A DNA stretch of 64,000 bases from Kiritimatiellia bacterium (GTDB lineage Bacteria; Verrucomicrobiota; Kiritimatiellia; RFP12; UBA1067), in contig JAZLJP010000118.1 in assembly GCA_045617985.1 (NCBI GenBank), positions 25,087-89,086 on the forward strand, written 5' to 3'. How positions within the stretch are numbered: position 1 is the first letter of the stretch; each line of letters starts with the position of its first letter. The notes beneath the pieces were generated by a model. The model did not search any database and was not told where the DNA came from. It worked only from the letters and a program-made list of their open reading frames with translations. The position numbers and the translations under genes are program-made. Below are positions 36,057-46,126 of the stretch, piece after piece.

Positions 36057-36081
36057 CTTAGCACAAGAGGAGAAACTGAAA

Positions 36082-37236
36082 ATGAATAACTTGACTCGTA
36101 GAGAAGCCCTTCAACTCGGTGCGGCGGCGTTTGCCGCGCTTGCGGGCGGCGCGTTTGCCGCTGAAGGGATCGCCACTTGGGACCCCAACATGGCCATTTC
36201 GAAGGCCGTGATCGACAAGAACACCAAATGGATCGACGGCCAGTATCTGCCGATCGAAGGCCGTGCCTTCAACGACACGGAGCACTACTACGACCGCCTG
36301 CCGAAGAACGTCACGACGGCCGTGAACGGCGGTGTGCGTTCGATGAAGCACCACACGGCGGGCATGCAGTTCCGCTTCACTACGACTTCGAAAAGCCTCA
36401 CCTTCAAATGGGTGCCGTACAACGCCAATCTTGCGATGGACCACATGCCCTCCACGGGCGTGAGCGGCATCGACGTGTACCGCCAGGAACCGAACGGCCG
36501 CTGGCGCTATGTGAAAACGGGGCGCATTTCGAGTGCCAAGGGCGCCACCCTCACGATTTCCTGGAAGCCCGGCACCCCGTGCCTCGTGAACCTGCCGCTC
36601 TACAACGGCATTCGTTCCTTCCAGCTCGGCATCGACCGCGACGCCACGATCGCCGCCCTGCCGCCGCGTAAGAGCGGCATCACGAAACCTGTCGTCTTCT
36701 ACGGCACCTCCATCACCCACGGCGGCTGCTGCTCGCGCCCGGGCCTCGCCTTCCCCTCCATCATGGGCCGCGCCATCGACGTGCCGATCGTGAACCTCGG
36801 CTTCTCTGGCTCCGGCAGAGGCGAGTTCGAGATGAGTGAACACATGGCGAAGATCGACGCAAGCTGCTATGTGATGGACAGCGTGTGGAACATGGTGCCG
36901 CAGCACATGGCCGAGCGCTACGAGAAATTCGTTCGCAACCTCCGCGCGAAGCGCCCGAACGTGCCGATCGTGCTCGCCGAAGGCTGCGACGTCTACTGCC
37001 ACACCGAGCAGAGCGCCGGCATCCGCGCCCGCAGTGCCTACGTGCGCCCCGTCTACGACAAGCTCATCAAGGAAGGCTGGAAGGAGCTCTACTTCCTGCC
37101 GGACCTCGGCCAGTTCGCCGACGACTTCGAAGGCACCGTGGACGGCTGCCATCCGAACGACTGGGGCATGATGCACATGGCCAAAGCCTTCGGCAAGGTT
37201 GTGAGCGAAGCCTTGAAACTGCCGACCGCGCGCTGA
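36082..37236 (+). CDS. SGNH/GDSL-family hydrolase (carbohydrate esterase-like) with twin-arginine signal
   Basis: TAT motif TRREALQLGAAAFAA. Block I FYGTSITHGG (Ser nucleophile). Block V DGCHPND (Asp-x-x-His). N-terminal beta-sandwich domain. Confidence 0.75.
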   Translation: MNNLTRREALQLGAAAFAALAGGAFAAEGIATWDPNMAISKAVIDKNTKWIDGQYLPIEGRAFNDTEHYYDRLPKNVTTAVNGGVRSMKHHTAGMQFRFTTTSKSLTFKWVPYNANLAMDHMPSTGVSGIDVYRQEPNGRWRYVKTGRISSAKGATLTISWKPGTPCLVNLPLYNGIRSFQLGIDRDATIAALPPRKSGITKPVVFYGTSITHGGCCSRPGLAFPSIMGRAIDVPIVNLGFSGSGRGEFEMSEHMAKIDASCYVMDSVWNMVPQHMAERYEKFVRNLRAKRPNVPIVLAEGCDVYCHTEQSAGIRARSAYVRPVYDKLIKEGWKELYFLPDLGQFADDFEGTVDGCHPNDWGMMHMAKAFGKVVSEALKLPTAR

Positions 37237-37255
37237 GGGTGCGAAACGCGCCGCC

Positions 37256-37981
37256 ATGGCCGGCGAAATCATCAAAACCCAGGGGATCGTCCTCAACATC
37301 CACCCGTGGTCGCGTACAAGCCACATTGTCGCGTGGCTCACGCCCGACCACGGCGTGGTGACGACGCTCGTCAAGGGCGCGGTGCGCCCGAAGAGCGCCT
37401 TCCTCGGCCAGTACGATCTCTTCTACGCCTGCGATCTGCTCTATTACGTGCGGGCCACAGGCGATCTGCACGCGCTTCGCGAAGTCGCGCCGCGCGAGCG
37501 GCACGACGCCTTGCGCGAACGCTGGCGGGAAACCTCCCTCGCCGGCTACGCGGCCGCGCTTCTGCGCGAACTCACGCCGCCGAGCAGTGAATCGGCCGCG
37601 TGGTACGCGTTTTTCGAGACGTTCCTCGCCGAACTTTCCGCGCCCGTTCCAACGCCCCCCGACCCCGCGCGCCTTTCACGCGCCCTCGTCAAATTGGAAA
37701 TGGCGATTCTTCGGCTCGCCGGCCTCGAACCCGACTTTGCCGGGCTTGACGCCGCAGCGGAATGGACGCCCTTCTCGATCGATCGCGGCCGTTGCGGAAA
37801 CGGCACGCGCACCGTGCGCATCACGCCGTCAACCGTCATCGCGCTGACGCGCCCCGACGCCGCCTCAATCCCCGCCGAGGCCTTCGCCGATGCAGTCCGT
37901 TTCCTCGGCCTCTTCCTCGACTACCACATTGAACTGACACCGGAGATCAGGCGCGCCCTTTTGCACGCAATGGCCAGTTGA
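37256..37981 (+). CDS. recO: DNA repair protein RecO
   Basis: 241 aa. N-terminal OB-fold QGIVLNIHPWSRTSHIVAWLT, typical of RecO. Confidence 0.75.
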   Translation: MAGEIIKTQGIVLNIHPWSRTSHIVAWLTPDHGVVTTLVKGAVRPKSAFLGQYDLFYACDLLYYVRATGDLHALREVAPRERHDALRERWRETSLAGYAAALLRELTPPSSESAAWYAFFETFLAELSAPVPTPPDPARLSRALVKLEMAILRLAGLEPDFAGLDAAAEWTPFSIDRGRCGNGTRTVRITPSTVIALTRPDAASIPAEAFADAVRFLGLFLDYHIELTPEIRRALLHAMAS

Positions 37982-37991
37982 GGAAAGGCAC

Positions 37992-39782
37992 CTATCCCTG
38001 GCTGGGGCGTATAGCGATGATGCGGAGTTCGACGTGTTCGAATTCGCTGCCGAAATCCGACTTCGTGACGGTAAAAAGAACGTCGAAACGCAAGGCGCTC
38101 TTCAGCCGCAACGCTTCAACTTCATTACCGTGGCCCCACCACACAGCGCGTGGAATCGCGCGATTGGTAAAGGAAATGACAACGTGGCGCCCGGCCCCGA
38201 TGGGATCGATTTTGCAGAAACCAACGTTTCGAAGGGCGAATACGGGTTCTGGATTCCCTTCGCCAAACGGCTCCAGGCGCTGGATCTCCGTCACCAAATC
38301 CAAAGTCAGATCCTGGGGTTCCACCCAGACATCGAACGGCATCGCCTCCGCTTCCGGCGTTTGGCGATGTTGTTCGGCACACGCCTTTTTGAAGGCCGCG
38401 CGGAATCCGGCGAACCCCTCTTTCTTAACCGTAAATCCACCGGCCGCCGCGTGCCCGCCAAACCGCTCCAAGTGAGCCTCGGCCGCCTTCAGCGCCTCAT
38501 GCACGTTGTAGCCATCGGGGGCGCGTACACTCCCCGTATCGCCCACCGCCACGGCCACGGGCACATGGTACAGTTCCACGAGGCGCGAGGCCACGATCCC
38601 CGCAACGCCCAAATGCCATTTTCCCGTTTCAGTCGAAAACGCATCGCTCACCACGAACCCGGCAAGCAAGGTTTCCGCCACCTCCGGCGGCGCCGTTTTC
38701 GCCTTCTCACGAACGGCCTCAACCTGTTTTCCCGCATCTTCGATCATGAACATTTCGTTCGTCTTGCGGTTCGCATTATCCCCGCCAACCTTCACGACGA
38801 GCCCGCGCGCCGCTTCACGGTCGAGGCACATGATGAGATCATACGCCGTGCGCGCCGTATCCATGCGCCCGGCGGCGTTGATTCGCGGCCCGAGCGTAAA
38901 GCCGTAATCGCGCGCCATGATCGATTGCGTACTGCGAGCCGCATGGGCATACAGCTCGCGAAGGCCGATGGGGGCGCAGCGTTCGAAATTCACAAGGGAC
39001 TGGGCAACGAGAATGCGGTTTTGTCCGGTCAGGGGCACCAAGTCGGCCACCGTGGCAAAACCGGCCAAAACGAGCAGCGGCCCGCCGAATTTGGGGCCCT
39101 TGTACAAACCTTCGGCCGCCGCCAAACGGGCAAGCGCCATCGCGAGGAAGAACGCGACACCGGCCCCGCAGAGATTCTCACAACCGGGCACCGCCGCAAC
39201 GCGCGGATCCACAAGGGCTTCGGCTTCCGGCAACCGCTCGCCGGGCAGATGGTGATCGGTCACGACGACGGCAATGCCGTCCCGACGCAACCCGGCCACT
39301 TCATTCGGCGAAGTAATGCCATTATCCACCGTCACGACAAGCGCGACATCCGGGTACTCGCGGCGCAGGCGCTCAAGCGACTTCGCCGTCATGCCATACC
39401 CTTCGGCAAGGCGCAGGGGGATGAACGCATCCACCTTCGTTGCGCCGGCCGCATCCAAACGCCGAATCGTCGAAACGAGAATGGACGAGGCACACACGCC
39501 ATCCACATCGTAATCGCCAAAAACGACGATGCGTTTCCGCGCGCGGACGGCAGCGAGAATGACCCGTGCGGCCTCCGGAATGCCGGGAAGCGTAAGCGGA
39601 TCGACAAGCCGCGCCAATGCCGGGTCGAAGAACGCCGCCGCATTTTGAGGCGTCACCCCGCGAAGAGAGAGCAAACGCGCCACGAGCGGCGGGAAACCCG
39701 CCGCCGTCAACGCCGCGACTTGCGCTTCGTCAACCGAGCGCTCGCACCATGTACCAGAATCCCCCATACGAACGCCAACCAA
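37992..39782 (-). CDS. recJ: single-stranded-DNA-specific 5'-3' exonuclease RecJ
   Basis: 596 aa. DHH motifs (VVFGDYDVDG, VVTDHHLPG) and DHHA1 domain. C-terminal OB-like domain. Confidence 0.85.
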   Translation of the reverse strand: MVGVRMGDSGTWCERSVDEAQVAALTAAGFPPLVARLLSLRGVTPQNAAAFFDPALARLVDPLTLPGIPEAARVILAAVRARKRIVVFGDYDVDGVCASSILVSTIRRLDAAGATKVDAFIPLRLAEGYGMTAKSLERLRREYPDVALVVTVDNGITSPNEVAGLRRDGIAVVVTDHHLPGERLPEAEALVDPRVAAVPGCENLCGAGVAFFLAMALARLAAAEGLYKGPKFGGPLLVLAGFATVADLVPLTGQNRILVAQSLVNFERCAPIGLRELYAHAARSTQSIMARDYGFTLGPRINAAGRMDTARTAYDLIMCLDREAARGLVVKVGGDNANRKTNEMFMIEDAGKQVEAVREKAKTAPPEVAETLLAGFVVSDAFSTETGKWHLGVAGIVASRLVELYHVPVAVAVGDTGSVRAPDGYNVHEALKAAEAHLERFGGHAAAGGFTVKKEGFAGFRAAFKKACAEQHRQTPEAEAMPFDVWVEPQDLTLDLVTEIQRLEPFGEGNPEPVFALRNVGFCKIDPIGAGRHVVISFTNRAIPRAVWWGHGNEVEALRLKSALRFDVLFTVTKSDFGSEFEHVELRIIAIRPSQG

Positions 39783-40253
39783 TCAAACGGGAAGCCTGTC
39801 TTGAGTACCGAGCACACACTTGACTTCGGCCTCTGCGGCGAGTTCTTCGCCCACATAGCCCTTGAGCTCGAAAACGCCGAGCTTCGACAAGACCTTCTTG
39901 TTGGCGACGACGGTCGTGAGCCGGTCTCCCGGCCGCACCGGGCGACGGAAGCGCACCTTATCGACACTCCCGAGGATGAACGCCGCCCGCCCTTCCGGCA
40001 ACAGGTTACGCGCCACCACGGCCGCACCGGCCACCTGGCACATCGCCTCCACGAGGATGACCCCGGGCACGATCGGGTAGAACGGGAAATGGCCGCGGAA
40101 GAAATCGTTCCGCTCGTCGGTAAACGTGTAGTGGCCAAGTGCGCCCGTTTCGTCGGCGGAAACCAATTCGTCCACGAAAAGGAACGGTTCGCGATGCGGC
40201 AAAAGCTCAATCCCGGGCTTGTTGAAAACCTGCTTGAAAACAGGAAACTCCAT
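39783..40253 (-). CDS. fabZ: 3-hydroxyacyl-[acyl-carrier-protein] dehydratase FabZ
   Basis: [11 protein letters not shown]...[23 protein letters not shown] hot-dog fold signature. Confidence 0.9.
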   Translation of the reverse strand: [156 protein letters not shown]

Positions 40254-40269
40254 CTCGAACTCCCACCGC

Positions 40270-41553
40270 TCAGTACTTCTTGAACACGAGAACGCCGTTA
40301 TGCCCGCCGAAGCCGAGCGAGGTGGAAACGGCCATACGAACCGCGCGCGTCACGCCCACATTCGGCGTGTAGTTCAAATCAAGCGGCACCTCGCCCTTCT
40401 CCACATCGACTTCAAGATCGGGTTTCTCATAGTTGATCGTGGGCGGGATGAAACTCTCCTGAATCGCGAGCGCGCAAACGGCGGCTTCCAACGCGCCCGT
40501 GGCGCCGAGGAGGTGGCCCGTCATCGACTTCGTGGAGGAGATGTTGATATTCTTCACCGCTTCGCCGAACACGGCCTTGAACGCCTTCGTCTCCATCTGG
40601 TCGTTGAGATGCGTGGACGTACCATGCGCATTGATGTAGTCGATTGTCGAAACATCCGTCACCTCCGCATCCGCAAGCGCCAGGCGAATCGCCTTCACCG
40701 CGCCCTCGCCCGTGGGATCGGGGGCCGTGATGTGGAAGGCGTCGGACGTTGCACCGTAGCCGGCGAGTTCGCAGTAGATGTGCGCCCCGCGGGCCAGAGC
40801 GTGTTCCTCGCTCTCGAGGATGAGAATCGCCGCACCCTCGCCCATCACGAACCCGCAACGGTCGGCATTGAACGGACGCGAAGCCTTTTCAGGCGTCTCG
40901 TTGAACTGGGTCGCGAGGGCCTTCATCTTCATGAAACCGCCCACGGCGAACTCGAAGATCGTCGCTTCAGAACCACCCGCGATCACGACGTCGGCCCGGC
41001 CGGCGCGGATCATGTCGAGCGAAACGCCGAGCGCATCGGTTGAGGACGCACAGGCCGTGGCAATCACCTGGGCCGGCCCCTTCGCGCCGAGCGCCATCGA
41101 AACGTTGCCCGCCGCTTCGTTTGAAATGAGCTCGGGAATGGCGAGAGGTGAAAGCCGATCGGGGCCGCGGTCGTAAAGCGTCTTCCACGCAATGCCGTTC
41201 GTTTCCATTCCCCCGATGCCATTGCCGATGATCGTGGCAACGCGATCCATATCGGGCGAAGATTCCGGCGTGTAGCCGGCATCCTTCCAGGCCTCGGCCG
41301 CCGCGGCAACTGCGTACACGGAGAACGGATCCATGTGGCGCGCGGCCTTCCGATCGACAAACCCCGTCTGTTCGAGATAGGCGTCGAAGTCGTGCAGTTC
41401 ACCCGCCACCTGGCAGGTGCAACGCGAAGGATCGAACTTGGTAATCCGCGTGATGCCGCTCTTGCCAGCCTTGAGATTGGCCCAAGTCGCATCCTTTCCG
41501 TTTCCACACGGGGTGACCATTCCCATTCCGGTAATCACGATTTTCTTCTTCAT
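40270..41553 (-). CDS. fabF: beta-ketoacyl-ACP synthase II
   Basis: ORF 40270..41595. Start MKKKIVITGMGMVTP at 41553. Active-site Cys region ATACASS. C-terminal HGTSTHLND/GHLLGATG His motifs. Confidence 0.9.
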   Translation of the reverse strand: MKKKIVITGMGMVTPCGNGKDATWANLKAGKSGITRITKFDPSRCTCQVAGELHDFDAYLEQTGFVDRKAARHMDPFSVYAVAAAAEAWKDAGYTPESSPDMDRVATIIGNGIGGMETNGIAWKTLYDRGPDRLSPLAIPELISNEAAGNVSMALGAKGPAQVIATACASSTDALGVSLDMIRAGRADVVIAGGSEATIFEFAVGGFMKMKALATQFNETPEKASRPFNADRCGFVMGEGAAILILESEEHALARGAHIYCELAGYGATSDAFHITAPDPTGEGAVKAIRLALADAEVTDVSTIDYINAHGTSTHLNDQMETKAFKAVFGEAVKNINISSTKSMTGHLLGATGALEAAVCALAIQESFIPPTINYEKPDLEVDVEKGEVPLDLNYTPNVGVTRAVRMAVSTSLGFGGHNGVLVFKKY

Positions 41554-41579
41554 CTCTTCTCCTTTTAAATCGTTCGCGC

Positions 41580-42586
41580 CTACACATGCGGCCATTGCAT
41601 CAACGTGCCGCCGTAGGTGAGGCCCGCGCCAAACCCCACGAGGCAGATGCGCATGCCGCGCGTCAGTTCGCCCTTCTTCACCGCCTCATCGAGTGAAATC
41701 GGAATCGACGCCGCCGACGTATTGCCGATCGTGGCGATGTTCATGTAGAACTTCTCGATCGCGAGATCCATGCGCCGCGCCACCGCCTCGATGATGCGGC
41801 CGTTTGCCTGATGGGCAAAAATACGGTCGAGTTCGGTGGGCAGAAGCCCGGCATTCACACAGAGCTTCATCACCACGGCATCCATCGTGCGAACCGCAAA
41901 ATTGAAGACGGGCCGCCCCTGCAGCGTGAGATGGGGGATCGGCACCTGACCCGGCGCGGGAGCGACGCGCGTTCCGCCTTCACGGGCAATGAAATTGTAG
42001 CCGGAACCATCGGCCCCCAACAGCGTTTCGCACCGCACGGCCGGCTTGCCGTCGTCCGGGAACGCGTCGTTCTCGCCATCCTCGCCGATCACCACGGCAC
42101 CTGCGCCGTCGCCGAACAGGATGCATGACGCGCGATCGTTCCAGTCAACGATGCGCGACAGGGTTTCCGCGCCGATGACGAGCACCTTGCGCGCGGGATG
42201 CAGGGCCACCCAGCCACGCCCCTGTTCGAGCGCATACACGAAACCCGCGCAGGCGGCCTGAAGGTCGTAGGCGCCCGCCTCCTTGCACCCGAGCGCGTCC
42301 TGCACGAGGCAGGCCGTCGAGGGGAACGTGCTGTAGTCGGGCGTGGAGGTAGCCACGATGATGAGGCCGATTTCCTCCGGCGAAACGTTGGCGGCCGCGA
42401 GCGCCGAACGGGCCGCCTTTACCGCCATGGTCGCCGTCGTATCGTCCGCCTCCGCCATGTGGCGCGAATGAATGCCCGTATGCGAGTAGATCCATTCGTC
42501 TGACGAATCAAGCGACAGGGCAAGGTCGTCGTTCGTCACGACCTTTTTCGGCAAGTAACTGCCCGTTCCTAGGATTTTAAATGTCA
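41580..42586 (-). CDS. fabH: beta-ketoacyl-ACP synthase III
   Basis: ORF 41580..42827 has a spurious 5' extension. Start MTFKILGTGSYLP at 42586. ACAGFVYAL active-site Cys, AHQANGRI, GNTSAASIP. Confidence 0.9.
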
Positions 42587-42633
42587 TCGTGTAGGGTTCC
42601 TCTGTTCCGAGAATAGCCCGTTCCCAACGCACA

Positions 42634-44457
42634 TCACGTTGCCGTAAAGAACGACTGAATCTCCTCCAGTTGGGGAATCTTCGAAAGGATGAAAACCCGC
42701 GCGGCCGCATAGATTTCCGCTGCGGAATGCTCGGCGCACATGCCGCGCACCAGGTCGGCCAACTCCCGCAGCTCCGCGCTCGTGAGCCTGCGGAGGACCT
42801 TGCGCAGAACGGGGATGTAGCTCGCACTCATAGACAGTTCCGTAACGCCCATCCCCACCCAAAGCGCCCCCAAAATCGGATCGCTCGCCGTTTCACCGCA
42901 CACCGCCACGGGGATGCCCGCCCTGCGGGCGGCGGCGACAGTCATGTCAATGAGATGCAGCACCGCCGGATTCGTTGGCTGGTAGAGATAGGCCACGTTG
43001 GAGTTTCCGCGATCCGCCGCCAAAGTATATTGCACGAGATCGTTCGTGCCGATCGAGAAGAAATCGACCTCGCGCGCGAACTGTTCGGCGCAAAGCGCCG
43101 CAGCGGGAATCTCGATCATGCACCCAACGCTCAGATGCTCGTCGAACGGCACGCCCTCGGCGCGCAACTCGTCCCGCGCCCGATCAAGTTCGCTCCGCGC
43201 CGCGCGGAGTTCCTGGAGCGTTGCCACCATCGGCCAGAGAATGGCCGACGGCCCAACGGCGCTCGCCCGCAGAATCGCCCGCAATTGGGAACGAAAGACG
43301 TCGCGGTTCGACAAGAGCCAACGGATGGAACGATTGCCGAGGAAGGGATTCGGCTCGTGTTCCGCCTGATGGCGCATGAGCTTATCGCCGCCGATGTCAA
43401 GCGCACGGAAAACGACGCGCGCCTCGGCCCCCATCGCCGCGGCCGCCCGCACCGCAGCCGAATAGACCCGAGCCTGCTCTTCTTCCGAAGGCGTGCCATT
43501 GCCGGAAAGCCACAGATACTCGCTGCGATAGAGCCCCACGCCTTGCGCCCCGAACGCGGCAAGGCCCCCCATCGGCACGCCCGGTTGGGCGTTCGCGCAA
43601 AAGCGGACGGGAGCCCCGTCCTTCGTCGCGCCCTCTTTATCGCGATCTTCTTCCCACAAGGCGCCGAGCTCGCGTTCGCGCCGCACAAGGCGGGCGAATT
43701 CGGCACAGGTCTTCACATCGGGGTTGACCGTCACGGCGCCGTTCGTGCCGTCAAGCAAGATGTCGTCGCCGGGTTTGACACGCGCCACGACGTCGCCCAA
43801 GCCCACAACGGCGGGCACGCCGAGCGCACGCGCAAGAAGCGCCACGTGCGACGTTGCCGACCCCCGATCAAGAACGAATCCCAGAACGCGATCACGCGGA
43901 ATGGAAATCGTTTCGGAAGGCGTGAGATCCGTCGCCACCACCACCACGGGATCGCCCAGTTGCGCAAAGGCGTTATCGCCAACGCCCATGAGGTTCCGCA
44001 GCAAACGGCGCTCCACATCGTCAATGTCGCGCACGCGTTCGCGTAGATACGGATCGCACATCCGCCCGAAGGCCGCGCGGAACTCGGCCACGGTGCGCCG
44101 CAACGCCGCTTCCGCATTCAGGCGTTCCTCCCGCACCCGCCGCTCGACGGTCGCCGTTGTGAGCGCATCGTCCAACATCAGGAGGTGGTTCGCGAAGACA
44201 TCGGCGCCCGCGCTCCCGTTTTCCCGCAACTGGGCAATCAGCGCTTCGATCTGCTGGCGCGTACGGGCGCGGGCTTCATGGTAGCGCGCCAATTCGGCAA
44301 TCACGCGATCGGGCGCGATTCCATATTCCGGAACGGCAATCAGGGAATCTGGCCGATGCACATACACCGGCCCGGCGGCAAAACCGCGCGAAGCCGCGAT
44401 GCCGGAGATGGTCACCATCGCCGGCTTCGCCTCATTCTCCTTCGGGAACTCGCTCAC
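42634..44457 (-). CDS. ptsI: phosphoenolpyruvate-protein phosphotransferase (PTS enzyme I)
   Basis: 607 aa. Phospho-His region GSATSHVALLARALGVPAVVG. PEP-utilizer C-terminal TIM barrel (SIGTNDLVQY). The GTG start overlaps the HPr stop; an alternative ATG is at 44418. Confidence 0.9.
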   Translation of the reverse strand: MSEFPKENEAKPAMVTISGIAASRGFAAGPVYVHRPDSLIAVPEYGIAPDRVIAELARYHEARARTRQQIEALIAQLRENGSAGADVFANHLLMLDDALTTATVERRVREERLNAEAALRRTVAEFRAAFGRMCDPYLRERVRDIDDVERRLLRNLMGVGDNAFAQLGDPVVVVATDLTPSETISIPRDRVLGFVLDRGSATSHVALLARALGVPAVVGLGDVVARVKPGDDILLDGTNGAVTVNPDVKTCAEFARLVRRERELGALWEEDRDKEGATKDGAPVRFCANAQPGVPMGGLAAFGAQGVGLYRSEYLWLSGNGTPSEEEQARVYSAAVRAAAAMGAEARVVFRALDIGGDKLMRHQAEHEPNPFLGNRSIRWLLSNRDVFRSQLRAILRASAVGPSAILWPMVATLQELRAARSELDRARDELRAEGVPFDEHLSVGCMIEIPAAALCAEQFAREVDFFSIGTNDLVQYTLAADRGNSNVAYLYQPTNPAVLHLIDMTVAAARRAGIPVAVCGETASDPILGALWVGMGVTELSMSASYIPVLRKVLRRLTSAELRELADLVRGMCAEHSAAEIYAAARVFILSKIPQLEEIQSFFTAT

Positions 44458-44741
44458 TGTTCGTCGGGGATATCGAATTTACGCTGCACGAGCGCTTCCA
44501 GCTCCACGAGTACATCATGGGCCTGCGGGCCTGTCGCCGTGACAACGAGCTTCGTACCGCACACGGCCTCAAGCGTCATGAGCGCCATGATCGACTTGCC
44601 GCTCACCACGTTCCCGTCCTTCTCGACCTCGACATCGGCATCGAAACGAGAGGCGATCTTTGCGAAAAGACCCGCCGGCCGGACATGCAGACCGTACTTG
44701 TTCAGCAGAACGAGTTCCTTGGTTTCCTTTGAATCCGCCAT
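44454..44741 (-). CDS. ptsH: HPr phosphocarrier protein
   Basis: Start MADSKETKELVLLNKYGLHVRPAG (His-15 region) at 44741. Ser-46 region GKSIMALM. Confidence 0.85.
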   Translation of the reverse strand: MADSKETKELVLLNKYGLHVRPAGLFAKIASRFDADVEVEKDGNVVSGKSIMALMTLEAVCGTKLVVTATGPQAHDVLVELEALVQRKFDIPDEQ

Positions 44742-44754
44742 GACTTTTCTCCTT

Positions 44755-45726
44755 TTAAATCTCCTTCCGAACCGCCCGTGCGCAGAGTTGCGCGTCCAAA
44801 GCCTTAACGGCGTCAACACCCGCCGCCAAAAGTTTATACTGCTGAGCCGCCGTCTCCACGAGATTCACGAGATCGCGGCCTGCTGCAACGGGGATGATGA
44901 TCTGGGGGATCGCCACGCCAAGAATCTCGCGCGTTTTCCGCTCTTCCCCCGTTCGATCCAGCTCCCCTTCCGTCTCCGTCATTTTCTTGAACGTGATGAC
45001 AAGATCCAATTTCTTTTCCGAGCGCACCGCCGTCACACCGAAGACGCTCGGCAAATGGATGATCCCGATGCCGCGGATTTCCATGTAGTTCCGCGTCGCC
45101 GGCGAGGCGGAGGCGAAAACCTCATGCCCCGCCATATCCCGGCGAAGGCAGGTCAAATCGTCCGCAACAAGCGCATTTCCGCGCTTCACAAGCCCCAGGG
45201 CCGTTTCACTCTTTCCAAGCCCGGGAGCGCCCTCCAACATCACACCAAGCCCCGCCACTTCAATGGTCGTGCCATACATCTTGATCTTCGGCGCCCGCAA
45301 CTTTTCCAACACGAATGCCGCCTGATGGAAAAAGACACGCGTCAGGAGCTCCGTTCGCAAGACAACCGCCCCCGCTTCTTCGGCAAGCCGGGCGATGGCC
45401 GGCGGCACCGCCATGCCGCAGGCGAAAATGAGGCAAAACGCCCCGCGATCGAAGAGCGCCTTGATTCGCTCAAGCCGCTCTTCAGGAGCGAGGCTATCGA
45501 GATAAGCCTGTTCCGCCTGGCCGATGAGCTGCAGCCGCCGCCAGGCGAAACATCCGTAGAAACCCGTGAGGGCAAGCCCCGGGCGATTGCACATCGGCTC
45601 AGGCACGATGCGCATCAACCCCTCGCCGCCCACCACCACTTCCATGCGTAAACGCACCTTCCCCTCTTCGAAGAAATCGCGGAGGGTGAAAGGCGTTTCA
45701 CGCACGTTCTGGTCTTCAGGTTCCAC
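44755..45726 (-). CDS. hprK: HPr kinase/phosphorylase
   Basis: 323 aa. P-loop GAPGLGKSETALGLV. HprK-specific capping motif. Confidence 0.85.
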   Translation of the reverse strand: MEPEDQNVRETPFTLRDFFEEGKVRLRMEVVVGGEGLMRIVPEPMCNRPGLALTGFYGCFAWRRLQLIGQAEQAYLDSLAPEERLERIKALFDRGAFCLIFACGMAVPPAIARLAEEAGAVVLRTELLTRVFFHQAAFVLEKLRAPKIKMYGTTIEVAGLGVMLEGAPGLGKSETALGLVKRGNALVADDLTCLRRDMAGHEVFASASPATRNYMEIRGIGIIHLPSVFGVTAVRSEKKLDLVITFKKMTETEGELDRTGEERKTREILGVAIPQIIIPVAAGRDLVNLVETAAQQYKLLAAGVDAVKALDAQLCARAVRKEI

Positions 45727-45738
45727 GCGGGTCGCCTT

Positions 45739-46074
45739 TTAGTTGCGAGGTGAACCGGCACGTGCGGCACGCACGTTGCCCTTACGGGCCTTCTGGCGCA
45801 TCTTCAAGAGCTGACGCTCGGCACGCGCGGCGGCGCCGTCGATGACGCTCTTGCCGCTGTCGCTGAATTCCTTGCCGCCCACCGCCACTTCGCCGAGGCG
45901 GTTCGCCACGACTTCAGCCATGTACATGTGCTTCTTCACATCCACATCGATCACGATGGAAATCTTCGTCACCTTCGGGAAAGCAACTTGAAGCTTCTCC
46001 ATGCGCTTCTGGGCGTATTCCTTCAGCGACTCGATCTTAACGTCGCTATGGCGCAGTGTCACTTCGATAGACAT
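45739..46074 (-). CDS. hpf: ribosome hibernation promoting factor (short HPF/RaiA, sigma-54 modulation protein family)
   Basis: ORF 45739..46260. True start MSIEVTLRHSDV at 46074, with an AAGGAGG RBS upstream. 111 aa. Confidence 0.8.
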   Translation of the reverse strand: MSIEVTLRHSDVKIESLKEYAQKRMEKLQVAFPKVTKISIVIDVDVKKHMYMAEVVANRLGEVAVGGKEFSDSGKSVIDGAAARAERQLLKMRQKARKGNVRAARAGSPRN

Positions 46075-46126
46075 ATTTGTACCTCCTTGTGTTTTTGTTT
46101 TGTTCGAGTTGAAAATTCTCTTTTCG

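Noticed and set aside
38034-40283. 749-aa plus-strand ORF opposite recJ/fabZ
   Set aside because: Antisense artefact (Arg-rich, no domains). The real genes recJ and fabZ are on the minus strand with clear motifs.
46075-46126. Expected rpoN between lptB and hpf
   Set aside because: Only 52 nt separate the two genes, with no room for rpoN. Recorded as a synteny difference, not an annotation gap.
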